From an uncultured Acidobacteriota bacterium (GTDB lineage: Bacteria; Acidobacteriota; UBA6911): a stretch of DNA of 64,000 bases. The notes beneath the pieces were generated by a model that was given only the letters and a program-made list of their open reading frames with translations, did not search any database and was not told the DNA's origin. The stretch covers positions 280,336 through 344,335 of the forward strand of contig CAWHCF010000020.1 in the NCBI GenBank assembly GCA_963827655.1, written 5' to 3'. Positions 11,160 through 20,384 of this stretch are shown here, in pieces. Position 1 is the first letter of the stretch. Each line of letters starts with the position of its first letter. Made by a program: the position numbers and the translations under genes.

Positions 11160-12181
11160 ACATTCGCGAAGTAGCGCGCAAAGCTGGAGTGGGCATCGGG
11201 ACCGTCTCTCGCGTGCTGAACGGTCGTACCTCGGTCAGCCCGGAAGTCCAGCAACGCGTGCTCGAGGTAGTCAAGGCACTCAAGTACACGCCAAATATTC
11301 ATGCCCGCCGCATGTGGAGGGGACGAACCAATACCATCTGCTTCGTTCTGGCCAACCGCCAGATACTGCTATCCCTGCACGGACATATCTTTCATGGCGT
11401 CGAGGAATTCTGCGGGGTGAACCAGTATAGTGTCCTGTTCACAACGTTCCGGTATTCGCCTCACATTCCTCCGGAGGAGCTGGAGCTGCCGCCGATTCTC
11501 AGGAATAAGGGAGTTGTCGACGGCGTGATTCTGGGAGGAGTGAACTATCCGAACCTGCTCAAGCGCATGGAGTCGGAGGCCATTCCCTACTCGCTGTTCG
11601 GCAACAATCTGATCGATGACAGCCCCCCAAAGAGCAAGGCGGTGCTGTTTGACGATCGTGATGGAGCCGAGCAAGCGGTCGAATACCTGATTCGGCTGGG
11701 CCACCGGGATATCTGGTTTGTAGGCCATACGGCGTGGCCATGGAATCGGCGGCGTCACGAAGCTTACGCCAAGATCATGAAGCGGCACGGCTTCAAACCT
11801 CGAGCCATCATTGAAGGCCCGGCCCAGCCCGGGCACGAACTCGGGCTTCAGGCAGGGCGGCGGATTCTCGAAGGCGATAAACCGTGCTCGGCAGTTTTCG
11901 CGGGCAGCGACTACATCGCGTCGGGATTCATCGAAGCCGCCACGCGGATCGGACGCCGGGTACCGAACAACTTGAGCGTCGTTGGCTTCGATGCGCTCGA
12001 TGAGTTCACATACTACCGGCCCCGCATCACGAGCGTCGGGACTGAAAAGGAAAAGATCGGCGAGTACTGCGCTCTTCTCTTGATCAAGCAGATTGAAGGC
12101 GAGGACCTCGGCCATCAGTCGAGCGTCCGTATCCCCATGCACATCGTTGAAGGCGAATCCTGCGCGCCCGTGCCGCAGTGA
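11156..12181 (+). CDS. LacI-family transcriptional regulator
   Basis: N-terminal HTH MNIREVARKAGVGIGTVSRVLN; VPNNLSVVGFD sugar-binding domain. Confidence 0.95.
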   Translation: MNIREVARKAGVGIGTVSRVLNGRTSVSPEVQQRVLEVVKALKYTPNIHARRMWRGRTNTICFVLANRQILLSLHGHIFHGVEEFCGVNQYSVLFTTFRYSPHIPPEELELPPILRNKGVVDGVILGGVNYPNLLKRMESEAIPYSLFGNNLIDDSPPKSKAVLFDDRDGAEQAVEYLIRLGHRDIWFVGHTAWPWNRRRHEAYAKIMKRHGFKPRAIIEGPAQPGHELGLQAGRRILEGDKPCSAVFAGSDYIASGFIEAATRIGRRVPNNLSVVGFDALDEFTYYRPRITSVGTEKEKIGEYCALLLIKQIEGEDLGHQSSVRIPMHIVEGESCAPVPQ

Positions 12182-12190
12182 CAGCTTCTT

Positions 12191-12220
12191 AACCACAAAG
12201 ACACGAAGAAACACCAAGAC
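12191..12220 (+). repeat. Short intergenic repeat, consensus about ACCACNAAGACACGAAGAAACACCAAG (one of about 9 copies)
   Basis: Related copies at 20278-20312(-), 20330-20359(+), 26743-26775(+), 28499-28521(-), 33163-33185(-), 41540-41568(-), 54588-54621(-) and 61010-61024(-). Confidence 0.75.
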
Positions 12221-12331
12221 TCAAGGTTCGTTGGGACTTCGCCCCGAACGAAGGCCCTTTGAACGACGACATGTTGGTTTGAACGTTCACTAAGCGCCTA
12301 AGCTGAATGCGCTCCATTCAAAGGACAAGGC

Positions 12332-14032
12332 ATGAACGGCTGGAAGCGTTGGCTGCCCGGACTGCAGATCCTCAGCCGGTACGAAGCACGCTGGCTGTCG
12401 CACGATCTGATCGCCGGCCTGGTGCTGACCACGATGCTGGTGCCGGTCGGAATCGCGTACGCAGTGGCTTCGGGCGTCCCGGGAATCAACGGTCTGTATG
12501 CCACTATCGTCCCGCTGCTCGCTTACGCGCTGTTTGGTCCCAGCCGCATTCTGGTGCTGGGGCCGGACTCCTCTCTCGCCCCGGTGATTCTCGCGGTCGT
12601 GCTGCCGCTCTCGGGTGGCGATCCGATGCGGGCCGTGGCCCTGGCGAGCACGATGGCGATAGTGTCGGGGCTGGTGTGCATCCTGGTAGGAGTGATGCGC
12701 CTGGGGTTCGTCACCGAGCTGCTGTCCAAGCCGATCCGCTACGGTTACATGAACGGCATCGCGCTCACGGTGCTGATCAGCCAGCTGCCCAAGCTGTTCG
12801 GCTTTTCGGTCGACGGCGTCGGGCCGCTGCGCGACCTCGCGCAGATCGCTGAATCGGTGCTGGGCGGCCAGGCTAACTGGACCGCGTTCGCGGTCGGCGC
12901 CGGCACGCTGACGGCGATCCTGCTGCTCAAGCGCTTCGAGCGAATCCCGGGCATCCTGATCGCAGTGGTGGGCGCTACTGTCGCGGTCGGTGCGTTCGGC
13001 CTCGACGAGGGCGCCGGGGTGAAGGTGCTCGGTCCGCTGCCGCAAGGTCTGTCGTCGTTCGCACTGCCGTGGATCAATCTCGCGGACCTCGGAGACGTGG
13101 TGATCGGCGCCTGCGCCGTCGCCATGGTGGCGTTCGCCGACACCAGCGTCCTGTCGCGCACGTATGCGGCCAAGACCCGTTCCCAGGTCGATCCGAACCA
13201 GGAGATGGTCGGTCTGGGAGCCGCCAACCTGGCCGCTGGACTGTTCCAGGGGTTTCCAATCAGCAGCAGTTCCTCGCGCACCCCGGTCGCCGAAGCCTCG
13301 GGCGCGAAGACCCAGCTTACTGGCGTAGTCGGCGCCGTGGGCGTCGCCTTGTTGCTGCTACTGGCACCTAATCTGCTGGAGAACCTGCCCACCAGTGCGC
13401 TCGCAGCGGTCGTGATCGCTTCGGCCATCGGCTTGTTCGAATTCGACGACCTGCGCCGCATCTTCCGCATCCAGCGCTGGGAGTTCTGGCTGTCCGTCGT
13501 CTGTTTCCTCGGCGTTGCCGTGGTGGGAGTGATTCCCGGCATAGGCCTGGCGATCGTCATCGCGGTCATCGAATTTCTGTGGGACGGCTGGCGGCCTCAC
13601 TACGCCGTGCTGGGCCGAGTCAACGGCATCCGCGGCTACCACGACATCAAACGCTATCCTGATGCGCGGCTCATACCCGGCCTGGTGCTGTTCCGTTGGG
13701 ACGCACCGCTGTTCTTCGCCAATGCCGAGCTGTTTCACCAGCGCGTGCTGGAAGCCGTGGCGAGTTCGCCGACGCCGGTGCGGCGGATCATCGTGGCCGC
13801 CGAGCCGGTCACCAGCATCGACGTCACTTCGGCGGACATGCTCGCCGAGCTCGAGCAGACCCTGCGCGCATCGCGCATCGAGCTGCGGTTCGCCGAAATG
13901 AAGGATCCGGTCAAGGACAAGCTGAAGCGCTTCGAACTGCTCGAGCGTTTCGGTGCCGCGAACTTCCATCCCACCATGGGCGGCGCCGTCGACGCCTACC
14001 TCGAAGAGCACTCGGTGGATTGGAAACCCTGA
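12332..14032 (+). CDS. SulP/SLC26 anion transporter with STAS domain
   Basis: DLIAGLV..VPVGIAYA, GLYATIVPLLAYALFGPSR, DPNQEMVGLG, SSSSRT, APLFFANA and IDVTSA (STAS). Confidence 0.95.
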   Translation: MNGWKRWLPGLQILSRYEARWLSHDLIAGLVLTTMLVPVGIAYAVASGVPGINGLYATIVPLLAYALFGPSRILVLGPDSSLAPVILAVVLPLSGGDPMRAVALASTMAIVSGLVCILVGVMRLGFVTELLSKPIRYGYMNGIALTVLISQLPKLFGFSVDGVGPLRDLAQIAESVLGGQANWTAFAVGAGTLTAILLLKRFERIPGILIAVVGATVAVGAFGLDEGAGVKVLGPLPQGLSSFALPWINLADLGDVVIGACAVAMVAFADTSVLSRTYAAKTRSQVDPNQEMVGLGAANLAAGLFQGFPISSSSSRTPVAEASGAKTQLTGVVGAVGVALLLLLAPNLLENLPTSALAAVVIASAIGLFEFDDLRRIFRIQRWEFWLSVVCFLGVAVVGVIPGIGLAIVIAVIEFLWDGWRPHYAVLGRVNGIRGYHDIKRYPDARLIPGLVLFRWDAPLFFANAELFHQRVLEAVASSPTPVRRIIVAAEPVTSIDVTSADMLAELEQTLRASRIELRFAEMKDPVKDKLKRFELLERFGAANFHPTMGGAVDAYLEEHSVDWKP

Positions 14033-14448
14033 AAACAAAAAAGAACCCGGCCTTGTTGTCAGCAGAGGGCCGGATTCCGAACCTCAGTGGCCAGATGATC
14101 GGCCGCGGTCGTGATGCAACATAAGAGCTAGTCGAAATCGAAGGCGAGTCTTCAAGGCGCATTCCACTGCGTATCCCAAGTAAGTAGTACGCAGCAGAAG
14201 AAGCGACCGGCGCCGACAAGCATCAAAGCGTCGTCTACCCGAAGGTCAGCTAGGGCTTGGAGGTCCGGTTCTATGCACGGTTGTCGTTTGTCATATGGGA
14301 GATATCGGCACGTGGAGACGGTCGCCAGAGAAGCCGAGTGCTACAGCGCGGCCTCAGGGCAACCTCGGGCAATCGCGGGTGGCGTAGCCGAGATAAACCC
14401 TCTGCGAAGCGCGAAGACGTTCCCGTGAGGGACTAAGGACTGAATGAC

Positions 14449-14712
14449 TCACCGGTAGACGTCTTTCCTGTGACCTACTTTCGCGACGTTCACAACGAGG
14501 GTGCGGTCATCGACTGAATAAACAATCCTGTAGTTACCTTCTCGGACTCTGTAGCGATCGCTCTGTCCCGACAATTTTTCGCAACCGGCAGGTCGTGGGT
14601 TATCGGCAAGAGACTGAATCTGACGGACGATGCGTTGACGATCCTTTTTTTGGCCAACGGCCTCGATTTCTTTGGCGGCCGACGCCTTCATCAGGATCCT
14701 ATATTTTCCCAC
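14449..14712 (-). CDS. Type II TA toxin, RelE/ParE family
   Basis: LADNPRPAGCEKLSG..YRVREGNYRIVY..KVGHRKDVYR. Confidence 0.92.
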   Translation of the reverse strand: MGKYRILMKASAAKEIEAVGQKKDRQRIVRQIQSLADNPRPAGCEKLSGQSDRYRVREGNYRIVYSVDDRTLVVNVAKVGHRKDVYR

Positions 14713-14929
14713 GCCGCCTTAGCTCTCTGACTACGGCTTCGAAGTCCAGATTTTTTTCATCGGCTCGTTCTTCGAACGCTGCCAGGTCTTCGGCGTCTTC
14801 GGCGAGGGCCAGCTGAACGGCTTTGTTGACCATTTCGGAAATGGATTGGTCCGTTGCTGCAGCCTTGAGCCGGAGGGCACGATGGATCGCTGGATCGAAA
14901 TAGACAGTGGCTCGTTTCGGTGCGTTCAT
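14699..14929 (-). CDS. CopG/RHH antitoxin
   Basis: KRATVYFDPAIHRALRLKAA..SISEMVNKAV; overlaps the toxin start. Confidence 0.88.
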   Translation of the reverse strand: MNAPKRATVYFDPAIHRALRLKAAATDQSISEMVNKAVQLALAEDAEDLAAFEERADEKNLDFEAVVRELRRRGKI

Positions 14930-14962
14930 GGGGACATTATGACGCTATGACGTCAAAGCGTC
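14930..14962 (-). promoter_or_regulatory. TA promoter (-10 CATAAT, probably leaderless) with 22-bp palindromic operator
   Basis: GACGCTATGAC|GTCAAAGCGTC at 14941-14962 (one mismatch). On the minus strand CATAAT lies 6 nt before the ATG and there is no RBS. Confidence 0.65.
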
Positions 14963-14965
14963 CGC

Positions 14966-16820
14966 TCAGTGGGCCTTCATCGGCTTCATGTTGACCAGTA
15001 ACTCGGCGATCTCGCCCAGATGCTCGCCGTCGCGCCAGACGTCGCCGGTGATTACCCAGCGTCGATTGACCCGGGTTTCGCCCACCGGAATCTGCACCTG
15101 AAACGGAGCGGAGGATTCGGCTCCGGGCCGCTACCTGCAGCTCGATCGTAGGCGGCGTCACTTTCCATTGATCGGGTACCTGAATGACGGACTTGATGCG
15201 GCTGGCGCGGGGGAGCCAGTTCCGCACCTTCAGCTGATACCGCAGGGTGTCTCCGGGTCCCGCCTCGACCTGGTAGGGATAGAAGGACAGCCAGTTGTTG
15301 TCGACCCCGAGCTGAGGATGCGGCTGATCTACGATCTCCCGGATTGCGGCCACGAAATCCTGCGACGATTTCAAGTACGACTCGAGAACTTCCGGTGTGG
15401 CCCGGGTCCAACCGAAATGATTCGGGCAGACGTAGTCGGGTCTCAGTTCCAGAAGTTTTCTCGCCGCATAGATGTGACTGCCGTCGAGCCGCTGGAAGTT
15501 CCGGCACACGAAATGGCCGAGCAGCGGAGTACCGGGGAGGGGCCGGGCCACGTTGTCGCCCGTGAACAGCAACCGGGTCCCATCAACTTCCGCGAGCATA
15601 CCCTGGCTGTACTCCGTCTGGCCGGGAAGATAAAAGAACTGCAGGGGAATGCCTTCCCAGATGACTTTCTCGCCGTCCGTGAGGACCCGATCGACCTCGA
15701 GCGGCTCATGCCAGAGGCAAGGGAGATTGTAGGCCGCGGGATTCTTCAGCACGTCGATCATGTGAGACATGGCCCAGAGTTTGGCTCCATGACGCTGCTT
15801 CAAAAAACCGATTCCGCCTACATGATCCTCGTGGTAATGGCTTGGAACGACGACATCGATGGTCTTGAAACCGGCCCTTTTCTGCATCTCTTCGAGATAG
15901 CGGGTTTCGACCTCATGGATGTCCCAAAGGAGCGCCCGGCCGGAGTCGCTGACAAAAATGTACGCCACACCGTTGATTTCAGGCGGGCGAATCTGCCAGA
16001 GGTGTTTCGAGATCTGCAGCGGGCCGGTTCGTGGACGAGGTTCCGCCGTGCGATTCCAATCGTATCCGCGGTAGAGCGTGGCCAATCGCGCCAGCAGCGT
16101 CGGTATCCATTCCACGGGATTTCGCGACGGCGCGCCGTGCGAAGGGAGGAGCAGATCGGGTCCCAGCCGGATCACCTGCTTGAGCGAGTTCATCTGGGCT
16201 TCGATTCCGCGCGCTCCGACATAGGGCCACTCCAGGTCGTGGAGGGTGGGAATTTTGTTCTGCGAGGCCACCAGGTCACCGCAGAACAGCGCTCTCTCGC
16301 GGCCGGTATCCAGCAGGAACGAAAGCGAGCCTTCCGTGTGTCCCGGTGTAGCCACCACATCGAGACGGATGTCGCCGTCGGCGAAGACTTTGCCGGGTAC
16401 AAGTCCAAGGTCGACGGGGACGTTCTGTCGCAGCGCGAAGAACTCGTTGCGCAAATCGTACAGCTTGAATACCTTCTTTTCGTCCCAGAGCCTTTCGACC
16501 GCTTCGAAGTACTTCCTTTCGGCGTCGGGAACGGCCAGTCGAATCCCGCGCGAGCGGGCGAGCAGATCCCCCTGGGCCTGGTCGCGATGAAAATGCGTGT
16601 GCACGATCCAGGAGACGGATTCGATTCCGAGCGCCGGAAGCTCGTTCAGGATGGCGCCCGAGCCGAAGTCGACCAGCACGGCTCGCTTGCCGTTGATGAT
16701 CGCGTAAACATTGCAGGTGTCCTTGAAAAGGTAGACGCCGCGGGCGACTTCCTTCAGAGCCGGTTCGAGACGCAGTTGGGGGAGCCAGATCAGAACGGCG
16801 AAGAGAGCGACCCGCTTCAT
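14966..16820 (-). CDS. Tandem MBL-fold metallo-hydrolase (frameshift ~15120)
   Basis: Two MBL motifs (THFHRDQ..TPGHT..GD..PSHG and SHYHEDHVGG..PGQT..GD..PNH). Shifted frame gives C-terminus ...DVWRDGEHLGEIAELLVNMKPMKAH*. Confidence 0.85.
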
Positions 16821-16821
16821 C

Positions 16822-19800
16822 TCAGCGTCTTTGCGCTCTTGGCGGGCTGGGGTTGCTCGGACGCGCGTAGTTGGCCGCCCGGCCCGGGTCGCCGCGATAC
16901 TGATGCGAGACTGCGGCATTGGGACCGGTGCGCTCTCCGCCGACCACGTAAAGATAGCCGTCGCGCGAGCCGAAGATCACGTCGGCGTATCCGTCGCCTT
17001 GCAGATCGGCGATGGCCGGCGAGCCGCTCAATTCATCGTCGGTTTGAAACTTCCAGAGCAGTTTTCCCGCGCTGCTGATTGCGCACAGGTAAGTAGCCCG
17101 CGTACCGGCGATCAGATCGGGTCGTCCGTCGCCGTCGAGATCGGCGCTGACCGGCGCCTGGGTGAAGAAGTCGCGCGAGTTCTCGAGCGAGAACTTCCAC
17201 TGGTCGCTCCCCCGGCCGTCAACCACATGGATGGTCGCGGCATCGGAAACGACGATCTGCCGTGTGCGATCTCCCGAGAGCTGCGAGATTTGAGGCATAC
17301 CGCGCACATCCTTCCGCTCCCAGACAAGATGACCGTCGAGATCCAGGGCCTTCAGGTGTCCCGCGCCCACCACGATGCGCACCGGACCTCCCTCTTCGAG
17401 GGGGCCCGCCGCGGGCGTCATGGTGTTGGGAACCAGCCCGGGCGTGCTTGAGCCAAGCCGGTGATCGTGTTTCCAGCGCAGCTTGCCCTGTGAGTCGAGG
17501 AGATAGGTGCAGCCGTCATCGGCGCTGAAGACGACCGCGGTTGCCTGCCCTTCGGCGCGGATCAGCACCGGAGTCGTCAGACTCAGACCTCGAGTGCGCG
17601 GGCCTGCAGTCGAAAAGCGCCAGCGCAGCCGGCCCGTATGCTCGAGAGCGAAGACCTCGCCTGTGTCGGACGCGGCCACGATCTCCAGATTGCCGTCACC
17701 GTCGAGATCGCCCAGAGCGGGTGATTTCGCGCTGCGGTCGAACTGGCGGATTCCGTCGCGCTTCCAGCGCAGCCGGCCGTCGGCCGACAGCACATAAAGG
17801 ATGCCATCGGAATTGAAGACGATGGACGGTTTTTCACCCGGCACCAGGGGCGCGACCGCGGGTGAAGAGATTACCGTTCCTCCGGAATCGAAACGCCAGA
17901 GCTCCTTCCCCTCTCGGCTGATGGCGTAAAGCGAGCCGTTGTAAGACCCGACCACGATCTCAAGCTGCCGGTCGCCGTCCAGGTCAACCACTGCGGGTGA
18001 CGACAAGAGCCAGCCCGAGTTTGCGAAGCGCCACTCGGTCGCTCCGGCCGCCCAGCCTACCGACGAAGAGGGAGGGCCGCTCTTTTCGCCGCTGAGGGCG
18101 ACGACCTTGTAATAAAACCCATAGCGAGGCGGTTTCGTGTGGTAAGGAGGGGCCGGCACGGTCCCGAGCAGGTTCTCCTTCGAGACGATGAAATCCGGGC
18201 TGGTGCTGCCGTGAATATTGTAGCGATCAACACCCTTCACCGATTCCCACTCCAGTTTCAAATCGCCGGTGTCAGGTCTGGGGACGAGCCGCGTTTCGAG
18301 CTGAGGAGGAGCTTGACGGATCTGGAGTTCGGCGGTGTCTTGAACTTTTGTCCCTTTTCTTTCTCCGGCTGCTTTCAGGGAGTTCAACCCTTCCCGGAAC
18401 TGCACCTCCCAGCTGAAACGCTCTCCCTTGCGACGGGATCCCAGTGACCTGCCATTATGAAAAAGCTCCACAACGTCGCAGTTGCTGAACACTTCAATCG
18501 ATTCAGGCTGGCCGGGAGGCCACGAATCGCGAGGCGTCCACGACTTCTCGCTGATATGAACCATCGGTTCGGTGGTCCAGATGCTCTGGTAATAGTAGTA
18601 GGCGTCCTTCTTCATCTCCTTCATGTCGATGACGCCTTTCCAGGTATGGCGCGGGATCGGCTGTCCCGATTTTGAATCTCGAAAGGCGAAGATCAATCCG
18701 CCGGCGACCCAGGGTCGGCGGGCGATTTCCTGTTCGAAGCGGCGGTGGAACGCCGTGTGATACTCGTGTGAGAAGTCGTTGCGGCGGGGATTTCCGGCAT
18801 GAACGTCGGAATCGGAGGCCGCCCCATAATTCGAAACGATGATGGGCATGTCGCGTCCATAGCGCTCACGCAGGAGGGCGCGATAGGAATCCATGTAGGG
18901 TCCGATGTGTTCGAGTGTGCCTTCGTACCACCCGGTGTAGTTTCCCTGCCCGGCTATGTCGGCGTCGATCAATCCGACCGTCCCCGGCGACCGCCATCCA
19001 AGCTCCACGCAGAAGACCGGGCGGGTCGTGTCCAGGGCTCGAAGAGCCTTGGCCGCTTCGGAGTAGACTTCTCCAGCCGCCGCGTCCTTGCCTTCGCCGT
19101 TGAAGTGCCACGAAATCAGCGACGGATGATTGTATCGCCCCTGAACGTCCCGGCGCATGTTCTCCCGGACGCGCGCGCGGTCCGCGTCAGCATGTACATC
19201 GACCGTGGCCAGGATGCCCGCCCTGTCGAACTCCTCGAGGATGGTCTCGTCGATTCCACCGGCCGTGCGCACGAAGTTGATTCCCATCCCTTTGATGAGT
19301 CCCAGCTCGTACTTCCATAGACTGCCTCGGTCGGCAAACTTGCCAGGCCCGATTTTGTAGTAGACCGTACCCTTCAGCTTGAGATGATTTCCGTTGAAAA
19401 AGAAACCCTTGTCCGCGTCAAAATGAAATCTGCGGAAGCCAAAGTTCGACTCTAGCTTGCGAACCGTGGTCCCCTGTACGCGCAGCTCGGCGACCACCCT
19501 GCAGAGCTGGGGCTTCTCGAGCGACCAGACTGGAGGTTGGGCGATGGTCTCGGTCATGAGCTCCAGACCGCCCTTAGCTCCTGCAGCTACGCTTCGAGTG
19601 CCCGTTTCAGCTTTCGCGAGGAGCTTTCCTTGCGGGTCGAGGACCGAAGCCGTGACCGCGTAGGACTGGTCTTGCGTCGACACGTTTTCGACGGTCGTGC
19701 GGATGCGCACTCGCGCCGCCCCACCCTCCCATCCGGGCGTGTCGATCATGAGAGAGTCTGGCTCCAGATCCAGGGGCGCCTGTACGAACAGCCGGACGCG

Positions 19801-20247
19801 ACCCTGAATGCCAGGAACCTGGCAGCGCAAAACCAGTAGATTCTCGCCCCTGCGGACCAGCCGCGTGACATCCAAATGCAGCCAGGGCTGCCCGGCCGGG
19901 CTCTTGCTCGCGAAGGCCCCGTTGAGCCAGGCCTCGAGTCCGGGCGAGTCGCTGACATCGAGCAAAACGCGATGTCCGGACGGAATCTCCGGAAGGTCAA
20001 AGCGATGGCGAAACCAGACTCTCCGGGTAGATCGGGGCAGCTCGTCTGATATTTCCTGCGCATTATGAGGGACATGAGCAGTTTGCCACTTTGAGTCATC
20101 GAACTCGGGCCGCTCCGCCCCGCTGGCGGGTTCGAGACTGAACCGCCAGCCTTCGGCGATGGTAATGCTAGCCTGCGTGTCTGCCAGAACGCTCTGACAC
20201 CACGCAAGAAAAGCAAGGTAAATGCAAAGCCGACTGATGCGCCCCAT
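16822..20247 (-). CDS. GH2-like glycoside hydrolase fused to an FG-GAP/PQQ-type beta-propeller
   Basis: WRFS..FDDSKW..VPH, WSLEKPQL, FGFRRFHFDADKGFFFNG, YNHPSLISW, KDAYYYYQSIW and VFSNCDVVELFHNGRSLG. C-terminal SSPAVVDLDGD repeats. Confidence 0.85.
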   Translation of the reverse strand: MGRISRLCIYLAFLAWCQSVLADTQASITIAEGWRFSLEPASGAERPEFDDSKWQTAHVPHNAQEISDELPRSTRRVWFRHRFDLPEIPSGHRVLLDVSDSPGLEAWLNGAFASKSPAGQPWLHLDVTRLVRRGENLLVLRCQVPGIQGRVRLFVQAPLDLEPDSLMIDTPGWEGGAARVRIRTTVENVSTQDQSYAVTASVLDPQGKLLAKAETGTRSVAAGAKGGLELMTETIAQPPVWSLEKPQLCRVVAELRVQGTTVRKLESNFGFRRFHFDADKGFFFNGNHLKLKGTVYYKIGPGKFADRGSLWKYELGLIKGMGINFVRTAGGIDETILEEFDRAGILATVDVHADADRARVRENMRRDVQGRYNHPSLISWHFNGEGKDAAAGEVYSEAAKALRALDTTRPVFCVELGWRSPGTVGLIDADIAGQGNYTGWYEGTLEHIGPYMDSYRALLRERYGRDMPIIVSNYGAASDSDVHAGNPRRNDFSHEYHTAFHRRFEQEIARRPWVAGGLIFAFRDSKSGQPIPRHTWKGVIDMKEMKKDAYYYYQSIWTTEPMVHISEKSWTPRDSWPPGQPESIEVFSNCDVVELFHNGRSLGSRRKGERFSWEVQFREGLNSLKAAGERKGTKVQDTAELQIRQAPPQLETRLVPRPDTGDLKLEWESVKGVDRYNIHGSTSPDFIVSKENLLGTVPAPPYHTKPPRYGFYYKVVALSGEKSGPPSSSVGWAAGATEWRFANSGWLLSSPAVVDLDGDRQLEIVVGSYNGSLYAISREGKELWRFDSGGTVISSPAVAPLVPGEKPSIVFNSDGILYVLSADGRLRWKRDGIRQFDRSAKSPALGDLDGDGNLEIVAASDTGEVFALEHTGRLRWRFSTAGPRTRGLSLTTPVLIRAEGQATAVVFSADDGCTYLLDSQGKLRWKHDHRLGSSTPGLVPNTMTPAAGPLEEGGPVRIVVGAGHLKALDLDGHLVWERKDVRGMPQISQLSGDRTRQIVVSDAATIHVVDGRGSDQWKFSLENSRDFFTQAPVSADLDGDGRPDLIAGTRATYLCAISSAGKLLWKFQTDDELSGSPAIADLQGDGYADVIFGSRDGYLYVVGGERTGPNAAVSHQYRGDPGRAANYARPSNPSPPRAQRR

Positions 20248-20384
20248 GTGTAGCCCTTCCGTCACTGTATTAGGATTCTTGGTGTTTCTTCGTGTCTTTG
20301 AGCCTTGGTGGTATTGGTTAGACAGCTCTAACCACGAAGGTCACAAGACACGAAGAAACTCGATTCGTCCCGGGGCGTCAATGC

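Noticed and set aside
14033-14448. Unexplained 400-bp spacer between sulP and relE
   Set aside because: No convincing ORF, repeat or RNA motif recognised.
15168-17078. Long antisense ORFs (636 aa here; also 21597-23051, 24296-25480, 28380-29432, 61723-63018)
   Set aside because: Shadows of real genes on the opposite strand in GC-rich DNA, with no motifs.
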